From the NCBI GenBank assembly GCA_964304625.1, contig OZ199838.1:5716178-5780177 (forward strand): 64,000 nt of DNA, written 5' to 3'. Shown piece after piece: positions 1 through 14,326 of the stretch (its first letter is position 1; every line of letters starts with the position of its first letter). The translations under genes were made by a program, and so were the position numbers. The DNA is from Kudoa neothunni. Taxonomy: Eukaryota; Animalia; Cnidaria. A model generated the notes under the pieces. It saw nothing but the letters and a program-made list of their open reading frames with translations, did not search any database and was not told the DNA's origin.

Positions 1-3000
1 TGTTGTATTGACTACCGCCAAGTGTATTTAATTGATCCAATATTTCAGAACATAATTGTTTTTTGTTTTTAAACGTTGATTTTAATGTATATTTGTTGTT
101 GAAATATCGTCCTCTGTTATATTGCACACATCATTATTGCCGAGAAATACATCATTGTTTTTATAAAACTACCTTCCAATGTGTATAGAATCAAAAGCCG
201 AGAATGAAGATTTTATCGTTGCGATTAAATGTTTGAATGGGAGGGAGTATTGTTGGAAAAATGTACAATCAAACTTTTATATATTATCTTAAAACGTAAC
301 CATTGCTGAACAAGATATAATGTGAAAAAAGAACATGTTCTTTAAATTCCAAATTGATAATAATTTCAGATTTTAAGTATCTAATTTGATTTTATCAGCG
401 GAAAAACTGGACAAACGATTTATTATTGCCAAAATATCATCAACATCATCGATTTTGTTCTTTATAAGAATTAGATCATTTTTTTATAAATCATCACCAT
501 GGATAGTCTTACAGTAATTGAATATTGAGTTGACTTAATGAATTAACGATGATTTTGATATAAATTTTTTACCCTGTCATGCTCTTGTTCTATCCTGTTA
601 TTTTTATTTGAACTCAATGTCAGAGCATCGAGACGATGAAAATGAGCCCAAATATTTTGAATATTGATACAGTTTTTTTCCAAATATTAAAAATACATTG
701 GATTGGTTGAATATATTTCATTCGAAATGAAGTAAAATGATTCGCACTTTTAGAATATATTTAAATTTTCGATAGTTTTTTATTAGATTTTTTAAACTAT
801 CAGATGAACAGAATCGTTTGTTGAATAAATCGTGGACTTCTGAATTAATAAACCGCATAAATATATATTCACATAAGTTTTTCGTGCAATTAATATTTAA
901 CTATTTTTTTATTTTTAATACATGAAAGTTGACATAAAATTGTTTTATGGAGTAAATGCGAGTGTAATTTTTACGACAGGTAATAATTGACGTACGGTTT
1001 TAAAGGTCAACGTAAAAAATATTATTTGGCGTTTGCAGCTATTATTATTAATTTGAAATGACCAGCATAAGAGTAAAAGCATATATGGACGTAATGCTTT
1101 AATCCTCCGTGCATGCACCGATGGAATGCAAATAGACAATATCCTTTTAAAATGGTGTTTCTTAAGCTGGGCTCGTTGGTCCCCAAGGGTCCACGCGCTA
1201 ATTTTAGGGGATCCGTAAGAACTTTTTTAATCTATAAAATTAGTCTTTCGTAAATTCCTAAATATAATAAAAGCCGACTTTAAAAACATAATTCTGGAAT
1301 AATAATATCAGACATATAAATGTGCATGGTTAATAAAATTATAAGTGCGTGTTCATTTAGCATAATTAGTCGAGGATCCGTGAACCAAAAAGGTTGAGAA
1401 ACAATGGTTTAATGTTGTACTTCTGTTTCAATACACATGCACAAATGGTACATCGTTATTATAATTATTATAGTTATTGGGCGGGTTTAAAACAGGGATG
1501 CACAAACTCTGGCCATCAATGAGCATTTTTGTGGTCCGCGATGAAGCCTAATTAAGTTCATATTAATGGTATACATTTAAATGAAATTAAGAAAGCATTC
1601 CATTATTTAATTTCAATTGGTTTATCTAGTTATTGAATGTATCGAGAACACCTAATGAAGCTACTAATAAAATTTATTTGGATTTTTTATTATATGAGAA
1701 CTATTAAGAATAAACCATCAAAAAAAGTCTCCAAATAGGAAAATAGATTTATTACTATTAGCCACTTCACCATGTGATATGGTAAAAACGTTTTTTAAAC
1801 CAAGCTCATGTATCAATTTTAATTAATTCTTCTTGAATGTGTATGGAGGAGAAGACAATCATACAGGCACTGGGCGGATTTATGGTTTAAAAATTCGCTT
1901 GACAATGCTGACCCGGAGTTTAAATTCAGTTAAAATAAGGTTAATAATTAAAGCACGTTTTATCAACGACGCAAAATAATAAGATATTATATTGTGCTTG
2001 AAAATCAAAGTTTTATAAAAGTCTTTATACGAAAAATAAATAAACTTTGACTCAAAGGATAAACATCCGTTGGAGCTGATAATGAGCACATATTTAAGGG
2101 CAATTTAAATTGCACTTCACATATGCAAACACAACCATTTTGCTAACCCACGATATATCTCATATTTAATTCAGCTTATTCTTATTTTATTTCCGAGTCA
2201 AAATGACTGAAATTCGGGGGAAAAAGTTTATGATGAGAATTGAAAATTTAATGATGCCTGGACAGGAAAATATTGTTTTATTCAACAGGAACGAATATTA
2301 TTTGTTTGCTATGTCATTCGTTATTCAATTTAAAAAATTTAGTAAAATTATTATTTATGAATTATTTTTAATATTGCGCTTTAAAATTCGTAAATTTATC
2401 CAACGTTTGAGCTATAACTTTAGTTTTAAAATTTTCGAAGATTAAAATTTGGCTTCATAAGTAGATTCTAAAAATTCTATAGATAGATAGCTTTTAGTAT
2501 AAGAAAAATACGAAAATTTGCCGAATTAATAGCATATGTTGTAATCAGATAGATTCATGTCCTAAATATTGAAATTAGGTCCTCAAATTTCATTAAAATG
2601 CCCGGTAAATTTAATTTTAAGTGATATGATTTAATGTATAAATTGAAATATATTTTATCTAACTATTTAAAAATTTTTGTTATATTAAGGAGCTGTACAG
2701 CAGTCTTGAGGAAAGAATGTCTAAAAATATGTCGGATAAAGATATTAATTTGAACAATAAAAATTAATCATCACAAATTACCATAGAGTTAAACAGTTTT
2801 TGCTACTTTAAAATCTCTCTAAAATGATCTTAATTTTTTATTGCGTCTATCACAGTCGTTAGAGTATGATATTTTAAAAAAAGGTTTATTTAATTTCCCC
2901 TCTGAGCTAATTGAAGGATTCTTAAATTTATTTTTTGAACATGACCTATAATGAAATATTCCCAACCCCGCGCGAAGCTGAGCAGTTCGCTCTAGTTACG

Positions 3001-4895
3001 TTTAAAAATAATTTCCGATGATGAACAATTCTAAAATTTTGACCTCATTCAAGTAATCCATTCTTAGATTTCTTTTCGGTTTCATCTTATGATCTTTTCT
3101 ATAGTATTTTACTGCTCCAATGTCATCTAATTCCATAATTTGTAATTTCATGGGTAGGATATTATTTAAACTTGATATGGACATAAAACCAAAATTTTTA
3201 ATAGCGTGGGTTTTATTTTTATGGTAATAACTCAAAATATTGTATTTCGTAATAGTTTTAATTTGTTATAAGCAAATTATGAGAGTTTTTGTCTACTACG
3301 CATATCAATCCAAAGGTAGTTGCGCGCGATTTTAAGGTCAATTTCCAGGAAAACAATGCGTTTTAATTTCTCTATTTTACTGCATTATTGTTAGAACATT
3401 ATTTTTTTAATTTGTAAAAACTCAGCTGAAATAAGTTTATAATAATCAACTTAGATAATATATTCAAAAAATAGTAATTTTTGTACGAAATAATAAAAAT
3501 ACGTTTTAGCCGTATGGCATATTATCCGTCAAATTTATAATAAGGAGCACAAACAATTATTAAATTGCGCCAAGAAAATTTGGATTATTTGAAGGAATGC
3601 CGCATAATATGAATTAATGCTAATATGCGCTACCAGTGGAAAGCTACGCAGGCCGAAACATCAATAATATCATAAAAAGAAACTTTAATATTTATTTTTT
3701 TAGAGTAACGCTTATTATAAACAGATTAGCTCTCTTCTAAACAATGAACTTTTGTCGTTAAAAGCTACCTATTCCAATAATCTGTACAAAAAGTTATGGA
3801 AAATAAGCCATTCATTTTTTTAGTTTGTTTAAGAAAAAACATTAAATAGATCCTAAATATCTTATACCACCTCATTTTATACTTATGAAAGTAATTGGAA
3901 ATGCGATTAAACGTATAATTCACACACGACCTTTAGAGGGTCGGTCAGAACGGGTTCTGAAGAGCGAAAAATTGATAGAAAATTCCTCGTCTTAATAATT
4001 ATTTGTTTTAATTCAATTTATTTGTAGAAATGGTATCAGCACGATCATAATATCCAGGTATGCGAAGCTTTGGCTGTATTTAATAATTTTTGACCCCCAG
4101 GAGCGGTAGCGATGGACCAAAAACAATTAAATACATCAGATTCTAAAATATAAATTTTATAGATAAACTACAAATGGGAGTTATAGGTCTTAAAAATTTC
4201 CGTGTCAATAGCCAATGTCTTTATTTGTAAAGGGAGATTCCCAAAAGCTTTTCGTCTTATTTACCACCATACTTGTGTAGTACTCAAAAAATATAATTTA
4301 AATTTTAATTAAAATGCGATTTATTTTGTTTTATCCATTTCATGTCCTAATTTTCTCTCCGGCCTCGAGATAATATATTACGCAAACGAGGTTAGTTATG
4401 ACGATTTCATAAGTTAACATTTTCTAAGAATAACTTTCAGGCATTATTATCGAATTATAGGATAAAATAAGTCCTATTCGTATCTTTTATGACCACATAA
4501 AAATTTAACTCTGTCTTTAAAACTTATTGAAAATTTGTTTTGTGGTTGATTTGCGTACAAAGGCTTAATATAATCAATATGCTTACATCGATCAATTTTG
4601 TGTATATTTTTCATTTTAAAACTGTTACATATCTAAAAATATTTAAAGCTAAAGCTTTTAGAGAATGATGCAAAAGATTGAGTTTAAGTATATATATATA
4701 TTATATAATTATGAATGATGGAAATAATGATTTATAAGATAATACACAACAATAATATCCCTATAATTTTTTGAAATTAATTCTCTAACTTTTCAATTTT
4801 GTATATGAATATATTATGATTAAGCATAAAAATCAGTTACATTGTTTAAAATGGCTCAATTTTAAATGTTTGAAGGCATATTCTAGTGTTATAAT

Positions 4896-5496
4896 TAGAG
4901 GCCGTAATTTCCGATTACAATGCATAAACGTTGAAGAAAATCGGATTTTTTAAATAGTTTTATATTTTTCGGTTAAAATAGAGATAATCCGTCGATTATT
5001 TTCCGTTTTATTATGGGCAGAAAAAGAAACCGAATTGGCAATTATATAGCCGAATAAACAGATTTAAATGAGTAAATTGACCCAACAAATTAATAAAATT
5101 TGTTAACGTTGATCAACGAGAAATTTCACAAGAGTTGTTGAAACTTTCACTCCATAGAAATGATAATATGATAGGTACTGGATTTTAGAGAATGAATAAA
5201 TCAAAGCATTTCATATTGTCTAGGGTAGGCCAAGATTTGGTGCATATCCCGCTATCACCTATAGTCGTGGAAATAAGTTTCTCTTAATTGAAGCATTTTC
5301 TCGAATGTTATAAAGTAATTTTAACGTTTGAATGAATGAGAATGCTTTAAATATTATATTCTACAATAAAATTATATTTATTTAGTTTATTTCATTGACA
5401 TAGGACATGATAATAAAGTTTTATGGCGCGCATGCGCCCGATTTCAAGATAAACACCGATTTTTTTAAAAATAGTCGTCGAAAATTACGGTCTCTA
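4896..5496. mobile_element. hAT-type non-autonomous element (MITE)
   Basis: TIRs TAGAGGCCGTAATTT / AAAATTACGGTCTCTA. 8-bp TSD GTTATAAT (4888-4895) vs GTTATACT (5497-5504). A degenerate VERSFS-like hAT C-terminal remnant lies near 5265-5300. Confidence 0.7.
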
Positions 5497-6238
5497 GTTA
5501 TACTTCATTAAAATTATTTTTAATTTTTTTAAGTAGATAAATATCACGACTGAATTTAAAAAATCTTTTGAAAGAATATTCATAATAGAACACCACGGAG
5601 GTGCAATTGTTCTCTTGTTCATTTAAAATTTGAGTGCTGATCACGTGGGGTTTAGATATATCCTATTACTTTGTTTTCTGATAGCAATAAATTAGGAATA
5701 ATTGCAAATTGTATAATATGACGATACCTTGAAATTATTTCGATCCAACTGTCTATCTTTTCAGTTCTAAAAAATTAATTCTGGTTGTTTTCTTTGAATT
5801 GGCGACTTTAAGTTTAATTTTCTGTAATGTGGCGTTTGCATTATTTTCGTTAAAATCCATGCTTCATAGAATTTTATATACACTGACCGAATTTTTTCTA
5901 TTATTTTCCAATTTATAATTTAATGTTTTATAAAAGATGACTTTATTTTTATAATATCGAGATAAAATACGTTTCTCTTAAAGTTCCTTCGTTTCGAATC
6001 ACATCAATTCTTTGAATTGTTCTTAGTTTATTTTTATTTCCATACTCTCTTATGTTTAATAACGCAAAATAAATGCTTAAAATTAAAAAAAATCGGCCAA
6101 AAAACTGATTTATTTTATTTCGCACTGCCGCCACACAATAGAAACGCGATTAATCGGTCCCCACCTACCTACTTTTTTCATACTTTTTTATTGTTTGAAT
6201 TGCCACCAAAATATATACACAATTAGAATCAAAGCAAA

Positions 6239-9200
6239 ATGAACCTCAAATATATTTTATTGAATCGTCTGTTGATAAAAATTCTGAAAATTTTTGAAAT
6301 CGGAATAAGAATGATGGAAGCTTTGGAAATATCACCGTTGGCCTACTGGAAGGCTTTTAATAGGACGAATGTTTTTGACTCTACCACCACCAACCAATCC
6401 ATAGAGGCACCTCTACTATTCAAATGTTTCAATATGGTCCCCTCTATACGTGATTTGTTGATTTTGTTGCGGCGTAAACAGAAACAAACTATTAACCGAT
6501 CCAACAGTTCGACCGTCTCCAAACCGAAGTTATCATCGTCGGTTGTTAGAAAAACCTCAGTTCCCTCTGCATCTGAACATTTCGCTTCTGCTTATTCCAT
6601 AAATGGTCTCGCTTTCGATAGAGTGATTGGTAATGAGAATGATGATAACGATGATGACAGCGAGCTTCCGGCTATCACTCATAGCATTGATGATTTCACT
6701 ATTATCAAGTTGATCAGCCAAGGAGCATCAGCTACAGTATATTTGGTCAAGTGTAATCGGACATTTGAACATTACGCTTTGAAAATGATCGGAAAAAGGT
6801 CTATTCTTATCAAGAATCAAGTGAAAAATGTTTTTGTCGAAAGAGACGTCCTTTCAGTCACTAAAAGCCCATTTATTGTCGAGCTCTATGCTTCATTTGA
6901 AACCTCTGTATGTTATTTGGGGGACTTTAATTGTTTTTCAATCCATCTCAAATAATCAATTAGACTCATGTGTGTTTGTTGACTGAATATGTTTATGGCG
7001 GGGATTGTGCAGCTATACTTCGAAAAAGAAAACCTCTTTCCATGGACCTCCTTCGCCATGTTACTGCCCAACTTGTATTAGCTATTGAATACATACATAA
7101 GATGGGAATAGTTCACAGAGATATCAAACCAGCAAAGTATGTTATTAAGTTTACTATTTTTACTACCCATCTATAGTGTGTTATTGTCCCGCGATGGAAC
7201 TGTTAAATTAACCGACTTTGGATTGTGCACAGTTACCCTGCCAAAATGTAGCTCCTTTTGTTCTCCTCTATATTAATTATTATCGGCCAACTTTTCACGA
7301 TAGTTGCTTTAGATTCGAGTGATATGGGAAAAAAGTGCGACATTGAAAAAATAGATGATGAATGTTGTTTGGTGGGTACCCCTGATTACTTCGCTCCTGA
7401 AATTATTAGAAAAGTGCCTTATGGTATTCACATTTAACATGGGCTTTTAAATGATGAATGTTGTAGGCAAATCCGTTGATTGGTGGTGTTTGGGATTGTT
7501 CGTCTATGAAGCATCGTTCACCGAACCACCTTTCTTTGGTGAAACTATTCAAGAACTTTTTCATGAAATCCTGTATGGTAAAATTCCATGGCCCACCGAT
7601 GTGTTTTTCATAGCCAACGAAACCAAAGATCTTATTGAGCATTTGCTGCAAAAGGATCCCAATGAAAGATGGGGCGATCACAATATTGGCACTATCAAAA
7701 GTCACTCGCTTTTCAACATCCAGGTTGATTGGGATAATATTCACACGAAAAAAATACCCGCTCTGAAACTGTCCAATATTCGCGATACGCAGCACTACGA
7801 TAGTAGAAACGAATTCTACGATCATGACGCAGATTTTATGTCCGACCTTTCGTTAGAAGAGTTTTCAAAAGTTAGTGAAAGTGAGGTTTTTCAAAATTAT
7901 CAATACAGCTCACCTTCATTCTCCAACAAAATTCGACTATCAGCTAGTTTGAATCCATTTTCAGACGAATCCCGTGATTCTTCGTCAATCAAAAATATCC
8001 TAGAGTCATCTCTTGATTCTGAAAAGTCTGGGGTCAAATCGTTACCTTACAAAATCAAATTTAACCCCAATCATCGTTCCTCATTTTTGGGAACTGTATA
8101 TGAAAATTTCCCTTCGCCAACTCATGCCCAAGATGTATTAAAACCTCACACTTCTATCCATACTTCCAGCTCAATTCATTCTGGTATTTTTTAAATTAAT
8201 TGTCAGTTTCCTATTTTGAATGGCTGGTTCACTAGGATTCTCCAATAATGTTTCATCACCAAAAACTGCCTCCCAAGATTCCCATTCTAAGAGTGTGGTT
8301 GTAACCTTAAAAAGAAACGAATGCAAGGGTATTTGGCCAGGTTTTGTTGTTGGTTGTAGATCTACCCCTAATGATCACAATTCCAGTCGCTATTATATAA
8401 AAGTAAATGTTTTTACCGCCACATTTACGATAGCGGTTGCCTCGAGCTAAATTGAATTTAACAATCTATCTAGGAATTGACCTCCCCTGAAGGCGTAAAT
8501 CCCACTATCCACACAAATATGTTAATCTCTCATATTAACGGTCTAGTATGTTAATGTTGTGATTTATATAACCGTTGCTCACATTATTTCCTTCAGTGTA
8601 CAAGTTCTATGGATTTCTCTGAACTGACTTCTCTTATCGAAGATACTGACAACCATTTGGTTCTTCAACTCGTCCCACTTTCCGACAGTAATATTTTAGG
8701 TTATGTTGACAGTGATTGATATTATACTGCGTGTAATGTAGTTCATAACTACTTTTTTCCACAATCTTTTTTATCCGACGTCGACACTGAAGTATCCTTC
8801 AAATCGATATATTCTTCTACTACTTCCTCGGGAAGAGATAAGTTTTCTACAATCGATAGCCAGTTGATTTCGGCAATGGATCTTGATGCCACTACATCCT
8901 CAATTATGAACTCCACATTCAACAGTGAATATGAGGTAAATCGGAAAGTGAAAACGTTTTTTCATTAAACAAATTAATCGATCGATTAAATATATGAATA
9001 TTTATTAAGTTTTATTGCCAACGGTTCCAACGCAAAAATAGCAACTTGGAACCAGATATTGATCATTCAATATGCTTAATGGTATTTATAATTATAACTA
9101 TTCGTCAAATTGGTAAAATTGTGTGTTTTATTTAGAATACAAGCAACAATGGTGATGCTTCCAGTCGATTTTTTTCTACTCTCAATCCAGAAGCACGTTA

Positions 9201-9387
9201 TCAACATTACGATTCTTACTCAATTATTGGGGTAATATTTATATAGTGTTGTGCGTAAGACAAAAGCTTATGTTCGTTCAAGTCATCCTATGGCGATCAC
9301 GTCCAAAGTTCTTCGCATGATCTGAACACCTTCAATGAAAGTGACGCTGCTAGTGATGATCATGTCAAACGTACTACTCCAAAATGA
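6239..9387 (+). CDS. MAST: MAST-family (microtubule-associated) AGC Ser/Thr kinase with a probable degenerate PDZ domain; multi-exon, boundaries approximate
   Basis: DFTIIKLISQGASATVYLV, YALKMI, QVKNVFVERDVL, EYVYGGDCA, HRDIKP, VKLTDFGL (~7200), VGTPDYFAPEII (~7370), VDWWCLG, PFFGETIQELF and AGC tail DTQHYDSR are all present. A PDZ-like VVVTLKR..GFVV stretch is at ~8300. Exons are separated by ~45-55 nt GT-AG introns. Start and last exons are inferred. Confidence 0.85.
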
Positions 9388-10992
9388 ACGTAAAACTATA
9401 ATAGCGATATTTCATAATTCATTTGTGATTATATTAGAAGTTTTCTATCATTTTCTTTGACAAACCAATTATTTGTGTAGTTTCTATAATCATATTTTTG
9501 ATCCGGACTGTTCTACAAAAGGATATTGAAAAGTTGAGTTTGTTTATGCGTTAATCAACTTTCACATCGGATAATCAGATTCTGTTCTAGTTCTACTTAG
9601 TTTACATTATCTAGTCCTTCTTATCTGGGGCCTCTTTAGCGAATAATAAAGCCAAACGTCGAAAAACAAATTTATTTTATTTCTTGAATTCCCTATCAAA
9701 AATCTACAATGCTATTTCTTAGTCTATTTCTTCGTATTCATGCAAATTGAACTCGGATTGGATGATATCTCATAGTGAAAAAATATGCTGTTGGATAATT
9801 TCATACTAACGTTATCTGTTTTCTTATTTCTGTGGTACGTTAGGTCAGGATGCAAAATTTTTTGACAGTGGTCTTGGATTATATTAAGTCATTCTAAAAT
9901 CTTATCTTTTCCTTCCGGTCCATAAATCATTTAAACTGTTGTGTGGCTACATTTAAAAATTAGTTTTCGAAATCTAAGGATTAATTTTAATTGACTCACT
10001 ACGAACTTCAAGAAAGCAGCAGATAAACTTTAAAACTGGGAAAACTTATCTAATTCAGTGTTTTCTAACCTTGGATCAGCAGCTTTTGCGTGAACCACAA
10101 AGAATTTGTGACTAGTTTTGGACAGCGCTGGAAAACGCGTACCCGTGTCCTACAGGATACCCTCGAGGTAGAAAATGTTTTTTAACTGTTGGAATCGAGA
10201 TATATTAATGTTATAAATATTATAATGACTTTAATTACATATTGTTGTTTTATTAGTATCATTGCATACTTCAAAATGAGCAACTGTAAATGTTACCCCC
10301 ATATGGTCTGCAACGATCAACGCGTGTTCTAATCAAGTAATACCCATGGTTCGTTAGTTTGAGCTCGTTTATACACAAAAAATTGTTCACATTAAAAATC
10401 TGATAAAAATGCGAGTTAATCTTTGTTGCCATCAAATTTAAGACGTGAAACCATTCATCTATTTCTTGATCCTGTTTAATTTCATGATACATATCAGTTC
10501 GACCCCAGAAATTTTTCCATTTTAATTACTTAATATTTGAATAAAACTATTCACAAAATATTTGCGCGGAAGAAGAATGTTTAGCCATCACACTATGCAA
10601 CAAAATTAATTATTGAAACCTGAAGATATTTAAAACAAGTTTTCTCGCCGAATTAATAACCCTAATCGAGACATTGGAAGCAGTATTAATCTGAAATTGC
10701 TCTACAAAGAATTTTGTTAGTCAATAACACCAATTTAAATGAAATTAAAGATTATTATTTTACAAATTAACGCGCTTATAGCCATTTCACGAAAAAATAT
10801 TCCGGATTCTCTAAATTATGTTCGTTTTTTCATCCTTACATGCAGTAATTATAACTATAATCAACCAAATGAATTTTTTTATATTTTTTTCGCATAATAG
10901 AAAATTATTACAGAATTAAATTTATTCTATAAAAGATTCAATCCAAATAAACAATATGTTTATACATACAAATATGAGAAATTATTCAAATA

Positions 10993-13437
10993 GACAATGG
11001 CTATTACCACGTTAGCGTATAATCCCATGTCGAGGCTGTCTATTGCCACGAAAACGAATTTCTCCTAATTCTGAAAATGCTTAGATCTATAATTTTCTTT
11101 ACTGCTTAAACATATTTTTATCCATTAAGTTTTAAATTTTCGCGCTAAAATTTACTATATAGATTTTACGATAAAAAAATCAGCTATTATGTTGGTTTTT
11201 ACAAAATCGGTGACTTAACAATCAAAAATATCAGTTTATTTATATACATAAAGTGACCGTTGAAATAATTTTTGATTTTATATTATCACAGTTGTGTATT
11301 TCTAGACTGTTTTGAGTCCTAATTTGATGATCCATCCTCAAATCAACCTAAATCAAATCTATTATAAGTACACAACCGGTATGTGCATATATACACACAC
11401 ATTTGTTCGTACGTTGAAAGATATTTTACCTGATCTTTAAGGGTACTTTAAAACGATTAACTCTGAAAAAGGGTGTATAAGTGTTATGAAAATAAAATTA
11501 CAAAACTTGTAATACTTCTAATTATGAATCATGTTTATTTTATATTTAGATTAATGATTATAAATAATAAAATTATTTTCCCAATAACGTGAATTTGTTA
11601 AGATATTTATAATATGCGAGACTAGGAAATAATATACGGCAGTGCTGAGAGTGATATCTTTAAGTCAAGAGAAGATTTATCGCATTTAATCAGCAAAAAG
11701 ATTCTTTAATGTCATACGAAAAAAAGATCGTTATGTAACTTAATAGATAGAGATTAAAAAAATTATTTATGTCAAACGTGTTCCCTTCCAAAAAATATAA
11801 TAGGAAATTAAATTACTGTTTTATTTAGTAAATTTGATATTTTGGCAACCATTATCGTAATAGATCAAAGAGTGTAAGAGAGGCTAAAACTTTGTGAGAC
11901 ATCTGTCAGACTCGTATTAAGGTAGGAGTCAGCTCCGACGGAAAAAGACTTGAAGTAAAATTTTGACATCTAGCACATAACCACAGAAGAATCATGTTTT
12001 GTTCAAGTGTACCGCCACAACGTAAATTAAACCGAAATAATAAATTAATATCAAAATTAAGTTCTATGCTTGCTAATGAAAAAATTCTGCGACATAAAAT
12101 AAAATAAGGAACGGGTGTAGTAATTACACTCAATTCCATACATTATACGAAAAAGGCATCTTCCAAATGTAATAAAATCAACTATTTTTGTAAGATTTTA
12201 ACTCTGAATCGTAACTGTGACGTTAGAATTCTTACTGAAGATGCGAATTGGCTTTATACAATAATATCGATAGAGGATGAGAAGGTTTTTTCTTTTTGCT
12301 AGAACTACTTATGTTGATACAACCTAAAAATTACTGGAATCACGATAAAAAACTCAATATTCTTAATTTATTTTTTAAACTCTCAATTTTATTAAATGTT
12401 CTTCAGTGTTCCTCGATATCTAACAGTTAACTATTTTCCCAGGAACGAGCCATATAAGTAGTGCATGTATTATTTACAAAAAAAGTTATTTTAAAATAGT
12501 ATATTAATGAATTAATATCTATTCTGTCATCGATAAAGGAGAAGGTACTTTCTGTAATAACCAGCAAAGATTTGAACCTTTCGAAGGTCTGGAAAAACAA
12601 TTCTCTGAATGCTAAAACTAATTATATGTAAATTTCACGTTTTGAAAATTTTCGAGTAGTAGATATTGTTTTAACTATATAATATCACGTGTGAATTAAA
12701 GATTTGATGCTAGAAATTCTTCAAAAAATAATCTTCCTTAGAAATAAAAATGATTATCAGAAAATGTGCACTGAACTTAACAGCTAATCGTGGAGGATTT
12801 TAATTTGTATTTTAAATAGAATTGGTATTTAACTAGATCACAGAGGGTTAATTTGTCTGACAATGTAAAATCATCCAAATCTACTAGAATTCTAAGGTTT
12901 TAGTTTCAGTGTATCTTCCTACATTTTTTGAAGATTTCACATTTCCTAAAAGCTTAAAGCAGTACGAAGACTACGGGGTTTAGGAATGGCTGCAATCGGG
13001 AAGAAAAGAAAAAAAATAAATAAACTACATAAATGAATTATAATAAAGTTTATTCGTGTTTTTTCAATCACTCTTGCGTAATTTTTTCTATTTATCGTAA
13101 AATTCAAAGATACTCGAAGTTCAACCATCGATTATTTGATCCCTATTTACGAATTTGATGTTGTGTTTAAGATATCTATTAGTTATTTTTTCAAATTGTT
13201 AAGTAAATAATTTTATCACAAGCATTTATAATAACTAAGTGACTATTACAAGTGTGAAAAAATATGCGGTTATATGCTGCTAATACCAAAAATTAGAATT
13301 TTTATAGTAAAAAAAGTTCTTAATAATAACATGTAAACAGAAGTACATAATATTGTGTGGTTACGGAGAAATTCGTTTTCGTGACAATAGACAGCCCCAA
13401 CATGGGATAATACGCTAGCGTGGTATCAGCCACTGTC
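10993..13437. mobile_element. Non-autonomous MULE-like element with long TIRs
   Basis: ~75-bp imperfect inverted repeat GACAATGGCTATTACCACGTTAGCGTATAATCCCATGT...GAATTTCTCC (10993-11067) vs 13361-13437. The TIR resembles those at 14327 and 30386. No intact ORF. Confidence 0.65.
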
Positions 13438-14326
13438 ATTTAATATATGTAATATTTTTAATCTAAAAATAAATGTTCAATGAATTGTTTGATAACACTT
13501 TGAAGCACACATAATATTTTTTCATAGTTTATATATATATTAATAACTTTATATGACGTATTTAATAAATAAAATTAAATCGCCATGGCAATTGATGGAG
13601 AATTACTAAACTTACATGTTCATTTCAACTCCGAAATTAATAAAAAACTAAATAATTTATGTTTATATCAAATTATGACATTGATTTTGTACCACATGAA
13701 GAAAAAAATATATTTTATAAAACAAAACCAATATATTGTAAATGAAGAAATCTCAATTGAATGAAATGTAAAATTCTCTCGATTATCCGGAAATCGCGTT
13801 ATCCGAGAGACATTGTGAATTATAATTTGATTCTATCGAATTTAACTATAGGTGAAAGTTCGATATATGGAAATCTCATTATATGGGAAGAGAATCTCTG
13901 GTCCCAAATTTTCTGGATGATTGGAGTTTCATTGTATTCAATTTTAAAAGGGAAATATAGCTCAAAAATTATAAATAAAAAAATTGGATTATTTATATTT
14001 AGAAATTTTATATTTTTAAATGATACAGCCTCAATAAATAAATATATAAATTTAAAAAAATTTAATAAAAATAGTATTATTCTCACATAAAAAAATTATT
14101 AAACAACATAAATTTCCTAAACGTTTATAACACATCGCTTAAGCGTAAATTTAATTTTATCACTGAATCTAACGATTAATCTGCTTATGTTCAGGCTGAA
14201 TATTTTAAAAAGTACATTTGTTATTACAGTCAGGTGAAAAATCATTAAAAATATTTTATGTTAAAAAATTGCATTTATATAATGGTTGCCGACGGACAAA
14301 ACTCTGTTCTGTTAGCAAATTTTTTA

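Noticed and set aside
1150-1560. hAT/Charlie-like MITE ends (also at ~10056-10190)
   Set aside because: The termini are too degraded to pair or to define a TSD.
7406-7825. 139-aa minus-strand ORF
   Set aside because: It is antisense to a MAST kinase exon.
9232-9246. Possible 15-nt intron GTAATATTTATATAG
   Set aside because: Splicing it gives a stop after 3 codons. A ~51-nt intron ending at 9282 keeps the frame and fits the typical intron size here.
13761-14090. Overlapping ORFs on both strands
   Set aside because: Low-complexity I/K/N/F-rich translations of AT-rich DNA with no motif.
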